Source: Alphaproteobacteria bacterium (GTDB taxonomy: Bacteria; Pseudomonadota; Alphaproteobacteria; GM7ARS4; G965262615). Taken from it: a stretch of 64,000 bases of DNA. This document shows positions 50,450-59,789 of the stretch, piece by piece; within the stretch, counting starts at the first letter, position 1; the number at the start of each line of letters is the position of its first letter. The DNA lies in NCBI GenBank assembly GCA_965262615.1, contig OZ253545.1, positions 1,088,001-1,152,000 of the forward strand, in the 5' to 3' direction. The notes under the pieces were generated by a model. That model was not told the DNA's origin, ran no database searches, and worked only from the letters and a program-made list of their open reading frames with translations. Both the position numbers and the translations under genes were made by a program.

Positions 50450-51838
50450 TTAATCAAGCAAATACAATGTGGCGAGGCTTAGGAAGGTGAAAAATCCGAT
50501 GACATCGGTGAGGGCGGTGACGCATGGACCCGATGCCACGGCGGGGTCAATGGTGAGGCGATGAAAAAGCCACGGCATGAGTGCGCCCAGCAATCCCGCC
50601 AATGCCAGATTGGCGATCATGGCGACCAGCAGCAATAATCCCAAAGACAGATCCCCGAGCCACAACCAGATGACACCAATGGCAACGCATCCCAACAAAA
50701 CGCCGCCGATGGTATTGACGAAAACCTCGCGGGTGATGGTGCGGATGAGATTGTCGCCTCCCAACTCCTTCATGGCAAGGGCGCGCACGGTGACTGTCAG
50801 GCTTTGGACGGCGGCAATGCCGCTCATGGATGCCACCATGGGCATGAACATGGCAAGGGCGACAATTTGTTCAATGGCATGGGTGAATTGGGCAACCACC
50901 AATGCGGTGGCAAAAGTGGCACACAAATTGAACATGAGCCATCCCACCCGAGAGCGCAGAATTCCCCATTGGCTGGGTGTGCCGCCATCGGTGGCAACGC
51001 CTCCCAAATGCAGAAAGTCTTCTTTTGCCTGATCATCAATGACGCCCACCACATCATCAATGGTGATGATGCCCAGCAGGCGTCCTTCAGAATCCACCAC
51101 CGGATGGGAGGCGATGTTTTGATCGCGAAAGAAAAAGGCAACCTCTTCTTGCGATGTGGTCACTTCAATGGGACGCAAATGATCTCGCATCAGTGATGTC
51201 ACACTTTGATTGCGCTTGCCTCGCACCAGTGTGTCCAGCGTCACCACCCCCAACGGATGTTGACGCACATCCACCACCTGTACATCAAAAAAATTGGCGG
51301 GCAGGGAGTCGTCTTGTTGCAGATGGGAAAGAGTTTGTCCCACCGTCCAATGAGAGGGAATGGCAACGATTTCGCTTTGCATCAAGCGTCCTGCGGTTTT
51401 CTCGGGATAGGATAAGCCCACCTCAAGAAAACGCCGCTTTTGTTTGGAAAGACGATGACCAATATCAGCGCGCATATCCACAGGCAATGATTCCACAACC
51501 GCCGTGACATCATCGGTGGGCAGATGCTCCAATGCTTTGGCAATGCGCGCCACGCCCAGTGAGGAAACCACCCCATGCCATGACGAATCATCCAGTTCGG
51601 TGAGAATATGAGGCAAAACATCATCGCTCATGCGAGAGAGCAGCGTGCGGGCTCGTTCCTGCTCCATTTGTTTGACAATGCGCGCCACCACCGCCCCGCC
51701 CCACGCCGAGCCATGACGATGCAGGGCGGCATCATCATCGTGATTCAAAGCATCCGACATCAATTGATACTGCTGTTCAAATTCCAGCGCGTCAGATTGC
51801 CGTCCATCTCCCTTGACCGAGTGGCGATCATGAGCCAT
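50450..51838 (-). CDS. mgtE: magnesium transporter MgtE
   Basis: YPEKTAGRLM, CBS pair, GIITIDD, DPAVASGP..T.LTD; start 51838. Confidence 0.93.
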   Translation of the reverse strand: MAHDRHSVKGDGRQSDALEFEQQYQLMSDALNHDDDAALHRHGSAWGGAVVARIVKQMEQERARTLLSRMSDDVLPHILTELDDSSWHGVVSSLGVARIAKALEHLPTDDVTAVVESLPVDMRADIGHRLSKQKRRFLEVGLSYPEKTAGRLMQSEIVAIPSHWTVGQTLSHLQQDDSLPANFFDVQVVDVRQHPLGVVTLDTLVRGKRNQSVTSLMRDHLRPIEVTTSQEEVAFFFRDQNIASHPVVDSEGRLLGIITIDDVVGVIDDQAKEDFLHLGGVATDGGTPSQWGILRSRVGWLMFNLCATFATALVVAQFTHAIEQIVALAMFMPMVASMSGIAAVQSLTVTVRALAMKELGGDNLIRTITREVFVNTIGGVLLGCVAIGVIWLWLGDLSLGLLLLVAMIANLALAGLLGALMPWLFHRLTIDPAVASGPCVTALTDVIGFFTFLSLATLYLLD

Positions 51839-51891
51839 CTTAATTACTCCTATGACATTTGTGCCCGACAATGCTCTGCCCGACAATGCGA

Positions 51892-51978
51892 TGGTGCGGT
51901 CGAGAAGACTCGAACTTCCACGGGATCGCTCCCACAACGCCCTCAACGTTGCGCGTCTACCAGTTCCGCCACGACCGC
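51892..51978 (-). tRNA. tRNA-Leu(GAG)
   Basis: GCGGTCG acceptor stem, CAACG-TTGAGGG-CGTTG anticodon arm, long variable arm, GTTCGAGT T loop, encoded CCA. Confidence 0.96.
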
Positions 51979-52013
51979 ACAACCATCACAATACCCCTAG
52001 CACATCTGATGAT

Positions 52014-52165
52014 GCCATTCAATGGACGGTCAGTGATTGTGTTCCCTATCCTGATGCCGTGCAATTCATGGAAGACACCATTGCCGCCATTCAATGGACG
52101 GTCAGTGATTGCGTTCCCTACCCTGATGCCGTGCAATTCATGGAAAACACCATTGCCGCCATTCA
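52014..52165 (+). repeat. 72-bp in-frame tandem duplication at the lipB 5' end
   Basis: AIQWTVSDCVPYPDAVQFME(D/N)TIA twice, units at 52014 and 52086, 3 mismatches. Confidence 0.95.
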
Positions 52166-52697
52166 TCATGGCAAAGCGGCGGAAACCGTGTGGCTCTTGT
52201 CTCATCCTCACTGTTATGTGAGTGGCAAACGCACCGAATATGCTCACATTCTCAATCAATCGGCAGCTCTGCCTTTGTATTGCTCCGTCAGAGGCGGCTC
52301 GGTCAGCTGGCATGGAACGGGGCAGCGCATCGCTTACATCATGGTGAATCTGAAAAAACGCGGCTGGCACGACATCAGACAATTTGTCGTGGCACTGGAG
52401 AACTGTCTCATTGACACAATGGGCGAATGGAACATCAAAGCACAACGCAATGACAGACATCATGGCGTGTGGGTGAATGGTTCTATGGTGGCATCTGTTG
52501 GTTTGGCGGTGCGTCATGGCATCAGTTGGCATGGCGTGGCGGTCAATCTCACCAATGATTTGACTCCCTACGATGCCATCCTGCCCTGTGGCATGAAGCC
52601 GCAATTGGTGAGCTCTCTCGCCGCACAAGGATATAGCATCACACATGATGCATGGGATGCCGCCTTTGCTCATCACTGTGCCAGATGGCTTCAATGA
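52068..52697 (+). CDS. lipB: lipoyl(octanoyl) transferase
   Basis: WLLSHP..Y..G, RGGSVSWHG.GQ, SWHGVAVN, ILPCG; first in-frame ATG clear of the tRNA is 52068. Confidence 0.88.
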   Translation: MEDTIAAIQWTVSDCVPYPDAVQFMENTIAAIHHGKAAETVWLLSHPHCYVSGKRTEYAHILNQSAALPLYCSVRGGSVSWHGTGQRIAYIMVNLKKRGWHDIRQFVVALENCLIDTMGEWNIKAQRNDRHHGVWVNGSMVASVGLAVRHGISWHGVAVNLTNDLTPYDAILPCGMKPQLVSSLAAQGYSITHDAWDAAFAHHCARWLQ

Positions 52698-52705
52698 GGG
52701 CTTCA

Positions 52706-54019
52706 ATGAGCGATTCTCCTCTCATTCTTCCTTTTACCAATCATCAGTTGTTTCATGATGCGCCGCGTCAAGTGGTGGCGGCAAAGGGTGTGTATTACAC
52801 CAAAGACAATGGCGAGCCACTGCTGGACGGCACATCCGGCTTGTGGTGCGTCAATGCGGGACACAGCCGCACCGCCATCACCAAAGCCATTGCCGCTCAA
52901 ACCGAGACGCTGGATTATGCTCCCGCCTTTCAGATGGGACATCCCACCGCTTTTGCCTTGGCGGAGCGTTTGAGCTCCCTCATGCCGCCGCCCATTCATC
53001 ATGTGATGTTTGTCTCATCGGGGTCTGAGGCGGTGGAGAGCGCGCTTAAATTGGCTATACGCTATCACCGTTTGCGTCATCCTTCTTTTGAAGGCACACC
53101 TTTCGTTATTGCGCGACAGCGTAGTTATCATGGTGTCTGTTGGGGAGGCGTGACGGTGGGCGGCATTGTCAATAACCGAGTGCCCTTTGAGCGATGGACT
53201 CACACGGCGGTGGAATTTGTCAGAGCCTTTGATGATATACCCCAAAACCTCATGCAGCCGCACTTTCCGCCTCATGGCGGCATTGAGCGCGCCGATGATG
53301 TTCTTGCCATCATTGAAAAACACGGCGCAGATGCCATTGCCGCCGTCATCATGGAGCCCGTCTCTGGCTCGGCGGGCGTTCTCGTGCCGCCTGATGGTTA
53401 TTTGCAGCGAGTCAATGACATCTGTCAAACCTACGAGATTCCGCTCATTTTGGATGAGGTCATCACCGCCTTTGGGCGACTGGGTGACATCACCGCCGCC
53501 AGTCGTTTTCATCTCAAGCCAGACATGATTTGTTGTGCCAAAGGTCTCACCAATGGCACTGTTCCCATGGGCATGGTGGGGGTTTCTCGTGCCATTATGG
53601 ACACCATTAGAAACGCTGTGTCTCATCCCTATCAGATTGAATTTCCGCACGGCTTTACCTATAGCGGCCATCCCCTTGCCTGTGCGGCGGCTGATGCCGC
53701 GCTCACCATTTATCAAACGGAAGACCTATTTGCGCGGTCAAGAGAGATGGAGTCGTTTTTTGCCGATGGGATTCATTCTTTGGGTGATCTTGCCGCCGTT
53801 TGCGACATCCGCTCCATCGGCATGATGGCAGCCATTGAGCTGAAGCCGCAAGGTCATTCAAGTCAGCGGGCGTTTGATGTTTACAATCGCCTGTTTCACA
53901 AGGGATTTCTCGTGCGCACCACCGGTGACACCATTGCCCTGTCGCCCCCTCTCATCATTGGACACGAACACATTGAGCAATTGATTGAAAATCTGCGAAC
54001 GGAAATTGCCGCCAGCTGA
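52706..54019 (+). CDS. class III aminotransferase (omega-amino acid:pyruvate type)
   Basis: DGTSGLWCVNAGH, SGSEAVE, YHG, DEVITAFGRLG, AKGLTNG, HGFTYSGHP. Confidence 0.92.
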   Translation: MSDSPLILPFTNHQLFHDAPRQVVAAKGVYYTKDNGEPLLDGTSGLWCVNAGHSRTAITKAIAAQTETLDYAPAFQMGHPTAFALAERLSSLMPPPIHHVMFVSSGSEAVESALKLAIRYHRLRHPSFEGTPFVIARQRSYHGVCWGGVTVGGIVNNRVPFERWTHTAVEFVRAFDDIPQNLMQPHFPPHGGIERADDVLAIIEKHGADAIAAVIMEPVSGSAGVLVPPDGYLQRVNDICQTYEIPLILDEVITAFGRLGDITAASRFHLKPDMICCAKGLTNGTVPMGMVGVSRAIMDTIRNAVSHPYQIEFPHGFTYSGHPLACAAADAALTIYQTEDLFARSREMESFFADGIHSLGDLAAVCDIRSIGMMAAIELKPQGHSSQRAFDVYNRLFHKGFLVRTTGDTIALSPPLIIGHEHIEQLIENLRTEIAAS

Positions 54020-54032
54020 ACTATTTTTGCGG

Positions 54033-54302
54033 CTATGTCTGCGCCATGTTTTTGATTGCCTTGTTGAGGCGTGACACCATGCGGGACACTGTCTTTTGGT
54101 GAAAAATCCCCTTGCGGGCGGCTCGTTGCAGTTCGGGTTCTACCTGTTTGAAGCCGAGCCGCGCGGCTTGTTCATCGTTATTGGCGATGGCGAGGCGTGT
54201 TTTTTTCACCATCGTGCGCACTCGCGAGCGTCGCTCACGATTGATCTGCGTATGGCGCGCCGTCACACGCATACGCTTGATGGCTGAACGAATATTTGGC
54301 AT
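54033..54302 (-). CDS. rpsT: 30S ribosomal protein S20
   Basis: MPNIRSAIKR...KGIFH..T.SR..SRL. Confidence 0.95.
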   Translation of the reverse strand: MPNIRSAIKRMRVTARHTQINRERRSRVRTMVKKTRLAIANNDEQAARLGFKQVEPELQRAARKGIFHQKTVSRMVSRLNKAIKNMAQT

Positions 54303-54347
54303 GAATACCTCTCAATCCATTTGTGCCAATCATTGCGTGTCCTGTCA

Positions 54348-55160
54348 ATGCCCGAGCTGCCAGAAATTGAGACTCTCAAACGCTCCCTTGAGCCACTGGT
54401 GCTGAGACGGCGCATTGAGCGGGTCACCGTCTTTCAGCCTCATTTACGTTTTGCGGTGGCGGCGGATTTTGCTCGCCGTTGCCGTCATCAAACCATTCAT
54501 GAATTGCAACGGCGCGGCAAGTATTTGTTGTGGAGAATGGACACAGACCAATTGCTCATTCATTGCGGCATGGCGGGCAGTCTGCACTACCATGCACGCA
54601 GAAGCGACCGCCGCAAGCATGACCATGTCATCATTGAACTGTCGGACGGCTTTGTTCATTATCATGATTCCCGCCGCTTCGGCTTAATGAGACTGATTTC
54701 CCACGAACACAACGACACGGCTCTTGATACTTTAGGCAAAGAGCCTCTCAGTGATGACTTTACCGCAGACTGGCTATTAGATGTCTGTGGCGCGCAAAAA
54801 AGCGTCACCATAAAAACATTGCTGATGAATCAACATCTAATCGCGGGCTTGGGCAATATTTATGTGTGTGAGGCTTTGTATGAGGCACGAATTCATCCCG
54901 CTCGCACCGCAAAAACTATTTCGGGTGACGAAAGCATCATTCTTGTTGATGCCATCCGCCACACACTGCTCGCCGCCATTCAAAGCGGCGGCTCCACCAT
55001 TCGTGATTACCGCAACAGTATGGGGGATACCGGATATTTTCAACATCATTTTAAGGTGTATGGAAGAGATAATGAACCATGCGCGAATTGTGATAATTAC
55101 ATTGTCAAAGAAAAAATGAACGGAAGAAGTAGTTTTTTTTGTCCTTCTTGTCAAAAATAA
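54348..55160 (+). CDS. mutM: formamidopyrimidine-DNA glycosylase
   Basis: MPELPE, RRGKYL, GLGNIY, C-terminal zinc finger. Confidence 0.96.
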   Translation: MPELPEIETLKRSLEPLVLRRRIERVTVFQPHLRFAVAADFARRCRHQTIHELQRRGKYLLWRMDTDQLLIHCGMAGSLHYHARRSDRRKHDHVIIELSDGFVHYHDSRRFGLMRLISHEHNDTALDTLGKEPLSDDFTADWLLDVCGAQKSVTIKTLLMNQHLIAGLGNIYVCEALYEARIHPARTAKTISGDESIILVDAIRHTLLAAIQSGGSTIRDYRNSMGDTGYFQHHFKVYGRDNEPCANCDNYIVKEKMNGRSSFFCPSCQK

Positions 55161-55175
55161 TGTGGTAGGTTAGAC

Positions 55176-55716
55176 ATGTCAGTTATGAAAATCCCACACC
55201 TAACAGAAGAAATACTGAAAGCAAATGCAGATTATGACGCATGGCAAAATACACAGCGTCCATATAAGCAAGACAAAAAGATTGCCGAAGTCATGAGAGA
55301 AGCAAAAGGGCGCGGCTACATGACAAAAGATGACCTTGTGGCAGCTGCAGAAGTGGAAAGCACTCTAGAAATAAAACAGGTGCAAAGAAAATTCTGACAC
55401 AATCATCAAACAGGTTACCGAAATTGCCTTTGCTCCTGATTGTGATGAGAAAAATCCGCGTTACAATTTTACAAAGAATTCACGGTGTCAACTGGGCGAT
55501 GGCAAGTGTTATTTTGCATTTTATTTTCCTGAAAGAATATCCGATTGTGGATATAAGAGCGATGGCAAGCGTAGGTGGTGTAACAAATTACAATTACAGC
55601 TTTGATAAATGGTGGGAATATACTTTGATTTGTCGCGAAGCTGCTAAAAAACACAATATAACCATGCGTGAGCTGGACAGAGTATTGGATGATAGACAGG
55701 CAAAGGAATTGATGAT
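55176..55716 (+). pseudogene. fragmented helix-hairpin-helix-like hypothetical protein
   Basis: Pieces GYMTKDDL..(KWK out of frame), IHGV..AMASVILHF...YPIVD.RA, MRELDR are spread over several frames; AT-rich. Confidence 0.55.
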
Positions 55717-55910
55717 TATTTCTTCTTTGGCTTTGCATCCAACTTTTCGGCTTCCGCCTCCAACAAAATCGCGATGCCTTCTTTTATTGGATATGCCAGT
55801 TTCGCCTTGTCACTAATTAGGCGTTGGGTTTTTTCGTCATACCGTAGTTTTCCGCCGCTCACCGGGCAGATTAAAAACTCAAGCAGCGAGGTATCAAAAG
55901 AATTAGACAT
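55716..55910 (-). CDS. Trm112/YcaR-family protein
   Basis: LLEFLICPV...L.Y......L.....LAYPIKEGI. Confidence 0.9.
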   Translation of the reverse strand: MSNSFDTSLLEFLICPVSGGKLRYDEKTQRLISDKAKLAYPIKEGIAILLEAEAEKLDAKPKKK

Positions 55911-55936
55911 CAAAGGAATTCCCGTCATCAGTCATC

Positions 55937-56485
55937 TTATCTCATCCATTCATCATTTTGCAAGACTATTGGTTCATGGTGATGATGACGGGCAAACCGC
56001 CAGACATCCTCGCCGCGTAACGCCAGTGTCATGTCATTGACGAGAGGATGCACATAGACGCGTCCACCATTTCGCACTTGGTCATCCAGCAATAATCGCA
56101 CCCGATGGTGGGTGTCGTTCATCACAGCCAGTGGCGTGACCGAACCAACGGGAACATGAAGACATTTCAGCACGCGCGCCTCATCGGCAAACGAGAGCCG
56201 CCGTGTGCCTAGATTTTTTGCCACCGTCTGCCATGAGACGCGACAATTCGCACGGCATGTCAAAAGATACAAAGTCTTTGCATCACTTTCCGTTACACAG
56301 AGATTTTTGGTGTGAATGCCGTTGGGCAGTGCGTCATGAACGGCGGACGCATCCTCCACGCGCGGCGTGGGCGGATGCCGCCACAACTGCCATTCAATGG
56401 CAAGGGAATCCAATTGGTGCAACAGATGAGTGACAACGGGCGGTAATGTGCCGTCAGCCTCACCGTTCCACAATGTAATGGTCAT
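55937..56485 (-). CDS. YbaK/ProX-family aminoacyl-tRNA editing protein
   Basis: HTKNL, RLSFA, GSVTPLA..ND, HPLVN. Confidence 0.88.
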   Translation of the reverse strand: MTITLWNGEADGTLPPVVTHLLHQLDSLAIEWQLWRHPPTPRVEDASAVHDALPNGIHTKNLCVTESDAKTLYLLTCRANCRVSWQTVAKNLGTRRLSFADEARVLKCLHVPVGSVTPLAVMNDTHHRVRLLLDDQVRNGGRVYVHPLVNDMTLALRGEDVWRFARHHHHEPIVLQNDEWMR

Positions 56486-57027
56486 CTATCGTCGGCAAAG
56501 CGGTCATGATTAAAGACATAGTCGCGTCCTTCCGCCGCCGCATGGCACAAAATACACCCGGTGCGTTCGCCCTTTGCCACTCGTCCAGCCAACGCAATGG
56601 CTCTGTTGTTTTTCATCACCGTGCCATCGGGGGCATACTTGACCCAAAACCAATTGCGGTTTTCCTCATCATATCCCTTCTCACGCTGCACCATCACGGT
56701 GATTGCCTTGAGATAGCGCGCGGGATTGGCTGACACCCGTTCCACCGTCACCCCCGCAGGACCGTAATTGCGTTTGACAAGCACCCACATTTTTTTGCCG
56801 CCAATGCTCATTTGACGCTCCAAAAACTCCAGCACAAAACCGTGTGGCTCAACGCCCTCATAGAATTTCACATGAACGGGATTATCCCCCACCAGACGCA
56901 TTTTCTTCAAGCCAAACCACAAGCCTTGAGCAAAACGAATGTCATCGGACTTGCCAAACTGCTGAGCGGAAGCATCAACCGTCCATAAGAGTGCAACGGA
57001 CAATGTCCATGCCCATAGCCATCTCAT
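56482..57027 (-). CDS. cytochrome P460-family (beta-sheet c-type) protein
   Basis: Signal peptide, LVKRNY, ITVM..RE.GYD.E..NWFWVKY.PDG, C-terminal CILCH..A...DYVF. Confidence 0.75.
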   Translation of the reverse strand: MRWLWAWTLSVALLWTVDASAQQFGKSDDIRFAQGLWFGLKKMRLVGDNPVHVKFYEGVEPHGFVLEFLERQMSIGGKKMWVLVKRNYGPAGVTVERVSANPARYLKAITVMVQREKGYDEENRNWFWVKYAPDGTVMKNNRAIALAGRVAKGERTGCILCHAAAEGRDYVFNHDRFADDR

Positions 57028-59789
57028 TTTATTTTCTCCAGGCGCGCGGCGCAGTATTTGACCTCCGCAATCTTGCCAAAGGGATCCAAGGCATCATTGG
57101 TGAGTTTATTGACGGCGGCATCCTCATAGCAAAACGGCATAAAAACCATGCCTTCGGGAATCTGCCTGTCCTCTCGCACATGGGTTTCAATGCGTCCCCG
57201 CCGCGTCTCCAACGCGACACTGTCACCGATGCCCAGACGCAAGCGTTTCATTTCCTTAGGGGATAAATGCACAAAGGCGCGCGGCTCAATGGCATCCAGC
57301 ACGCCCGCCCGCCGCGTCATAGAGCCGGTGTGCCAGTGCTCCAGCAAGCGTCCCGTGGTGAGAATGAGCGGATACTCCTCATCGGGCTGTTCATCGGGCG
57401 GCACAATGTCGGCACTGACCAAGCGTCCGCGTCCCGATTCGGTGGGAAAGCCATCGCCGAAAATGACAAACTCGCCCTCGGATTCCTCGCTGTCACAGGG
57501 ATACACCACCCATCCCTCTTTTTGCAAACGCTTCCACGAAATGCCCTTCATAGACGGCACACAGCTGCGCAATTCCTCATAAATCTCGCCCTCATCGGTG
57601 TAGCTCCAATTGAGTCCCATGCGATTGGCGAGGTCTTGAATAATCCGCCAATCATGACGCGCCTCACCGGGGGGCGACACCGCTTGGCGTCCCAACTGCA
57701 CATAGCGGTCGGTGTTGGTGAAACTGCCGGTCTTTTCGGGAAACGCAGAGGCGGGCAGAATCACATCGGCAAGATAGGCGGTCTCGGTGAGGAAAATATC
57801 CTGCACCACCAAATGCTCAAGGCGAGCCAATGCCTCGCGCGCATGGTGCGCGTCTGGGTCTGACATGGCGGGGTTCTCGCCCATGATGTACAAGCCCTTG
57901 ATGGAACGCTCATAGATGGCTTTCATAATCTCCACCACCGTCAAGCCCTTGTTGGCATTGAGGCTTGTGCCCCATTTTTTCTCAAAAAAGGCGCGCGTGT
58001 CATCATCATCCACAGGCTGATAGTCGGGAAAGACCATGGGAATGAGCCCCATGTCGGACGCGCCCTGCACATTGTTTTGTCCCCGCAAAGGATGAAGCCC
58101 CGTGCCTTGTCTGCCCACCTGCCCGGTGAGCAGTGCCAGTGAGATCAAACAGCGAGCATTGTCAGTGCCATGCACATGCTGCGAGACGCCCATGCCCCAA
58201 AAAATCATGGCTCGGTCGGCTTTGCCATACAAAAGAGCCATCTCACGAATGACTTCGGCATCCACGCCACAAATGGGCGACATGGCTTCGGGGGAGAAAT
58301 CCGCCACATGATTTTTAATCTCTTCAAAGCCTTGCGTGTGAGTCTCCACATATTGTTTGTCCACCAAGCCCTCACTGATGATGACATTAATCATGGCGTT
58401 CAGCAGAGCCACATCAGTGCCCGCTCTGAACTGCACCGCGTGGGTGGCGTAGCGCGCCAGTTCATTGGCGCGCGGGTCTAGCACAATCAGCTGCGTTCCC
58501 TTCTTGGCGGCATTTTTGATAAAAGTCGCCGCCACAGGATGATTTTGTGCCGGGCGCGCCCCAATCACAATGGCGACATCGGCGTGTGCCACATCAGAGA
58601 CGGGAGCGGTCACCGCACCGGAGCCAATGGTCTCCATCAATGCCGCCACCGATGACGCATGGCACAAGCGCGTGCAGTGATCCACATGATTATTACGAAA
58701 GCCCGTCCGCACCAATTTTTGAAACAAATAAGCTTCCTCATTAGAGCCCTTAGCACAGCCAAATCCCGCCAGAGCATCAATGCCCGCCTCATCGCGCAGA
58801 CGCACCAAGCCAGAGGCGGCGTAATCCAGAGCCTCATCCCAACTGGCTTCGCGAAAATGAGTCAACGGATTGCTGGGATCAAGGCGTTCTTCGGCGTTTT
58901 TGGGCGCGCCCTCACGGCGAATCAGCGGCTTGGTCAGACGATGAGGATGAGTCACATAGTCAAAGCCAAAGCGTCCCTTGACACACAAGCGTTGTTCATT
59001 GGCAGGGCCATCTCGTCCATCCACCGCAATGATGTCATTGCCCTTGGTGTGAAAGGTCAATTGACACCCCACCCCGCAATAAGGACACAAACTCTCCACA
59101 TGGTCATCCGCCTTCAATGCACCCATGCCTTTGTCATCCAGCAGTGAGCTCTCCATCAATGCCCCCGTCGGACACGCCTGCACACACTCTCCGCATGACA
59201 CACAACTGCTCGCGCCCATAGGGTCATCAAAGTCAAAGACAATCTTCGCCCCCGCCCCCCGATACGCCATGCCAATCACATCATTGACCTGCACATCGCG
59301 ACACGCCCGCACACACAAATTACAATGAATACACGCATCCAAATGCACCGCCATGGCGTGATGACTGAGGTCAGGTGACGGCACATGAGATGATTCGCGC
59401 GCCGCAAAACGACTGGAGGTGACTTCAACCGCATCCGCCATTTTCCAAAAATGCGAGTCATCATCATGGGCGCGCGTGCGTGGCGGCTGGTCAGCGACAA
59501 GCAATTCCATCACCATGCGGCGAGAATCACGAGAGCGGTCATCTTTGCTCTGCACCACCATGCCTTCGGTGGGCTGGCGAATACAGGATGCCGATAGCAC
59601 GCGCTCGCCCTCAATGTGCACCATGCAGGCGCGACAATTGCCGTCAGGCTCATAACCCACCTCATCGGCGTGACACAAATGGGGCAGCAGTGTGCCTTCT
59701 CGTTTGGCAACCTGCCAGATGGTCTCCCCTTCCCGAGCCTCCACATCACGCCCGTCCAAGCGAAACCGTATCGTTCTGTCCATTTTCAT
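57024..59789 (-). CDS. fdhF: formate dehydrogenase alpha subunit (Cys-type, Mo/W)
   Basis: N-terminal 2Fe-2S and 4Fe-4S motifs, CPYCGVGC, DHCTRLCH, LRGQNNVQG; start MKMD at 59789. Confidence 0.92.
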   Translation of the reverse strand: MKMDRTIRFRLDGRDVEAREGETIWQVAKREGTLLPHLCHADEVGYEPDGNCRACMVHIEGERVLSASCIRQPTEGMVVQSKDDRSRDSRRMVMELLVADQPPRTRAHDDDSHFWKMADAVEVTSSRFAARESSHVPSPDLSHHAMAVHLDACIHCNLCVRACRDVQVNDVIGMAYRGAGAKIVFDFDDPMGASSCVSCGECVQACPTGALMESSLLDDKGMGALKADDHVESLCPYCGVGCQLTFHTKGNDIIAVDGRDGPANEQRLCVKGRFGFDYVTHPHRLTKPLIRREGAPKNAEERLDPSNPLTHFREASWDEALDYAASGLVRLRDEAGIDALAGFGCAKGSNEEAYLFQKLVRTGFRNNHVDHCTRLCHASSVAALMETIGSGAVTAPVSDVAHADVAIVIGARPAQNHPVAATFIKNAAKKGTQLIVLDPRANELARYATHAVQFRAGTDVALLNAMINVIISEGLVDKQYVETHTQGFEEIKNHVADFSPEAMSPICGVDAEVIREMALLYGKADRAMIFWGMGVSQHVHGTDNARCLISLALLTGQVGRQGTGLHPLRGQNNVQGASDMGLIPMVFPDYQPVDDDDTRAFFEKKWGTSLNANKGLTVVEIMKAIYERSIKGLYIMGENPAMSDPDAHHAREALARLEHLVVQDIFLTETAYLADVILPASAFPEKTGSFTNTDRYVQLGRQAVSPPGEARHDWRIIQDLANRMGLNWSYTDEGEIYEELRSCVPSMKGISWKRLQKEGWVVYPCDSEESEGEFVIFGDGFPTESGRGRLVSADIVPPDEQPDEEYPLILTTGRLLEHWHTGSMTRRAGVLDAIEPRAFVHLSPKEMKRLRLGIGDSVALETRRGRIETHVREDRQIPEGMVFMPFCYEDAAVNKLTNDALDPFGKIAEVKYCAARLEKIK

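Noticed and set aside
51892-51978. tRNA-Leu as island attachment site
   Set aside because: No duplicated tRNA 3' end or integrase seen; mgtE-tRNA-lipB is ordinary gene order.
51839-52013. mgtE and lipB ORF extensions across the tRNA
   Set aside because: They overlap a clear tRNA-Leu; starts reassigned to 51838 and 52068.
58660-58690. Selenocysteine in formate dehydrogenase
   Set aside because: The active-site codon encodes Cys (RLCH) with no in-frame TGA.
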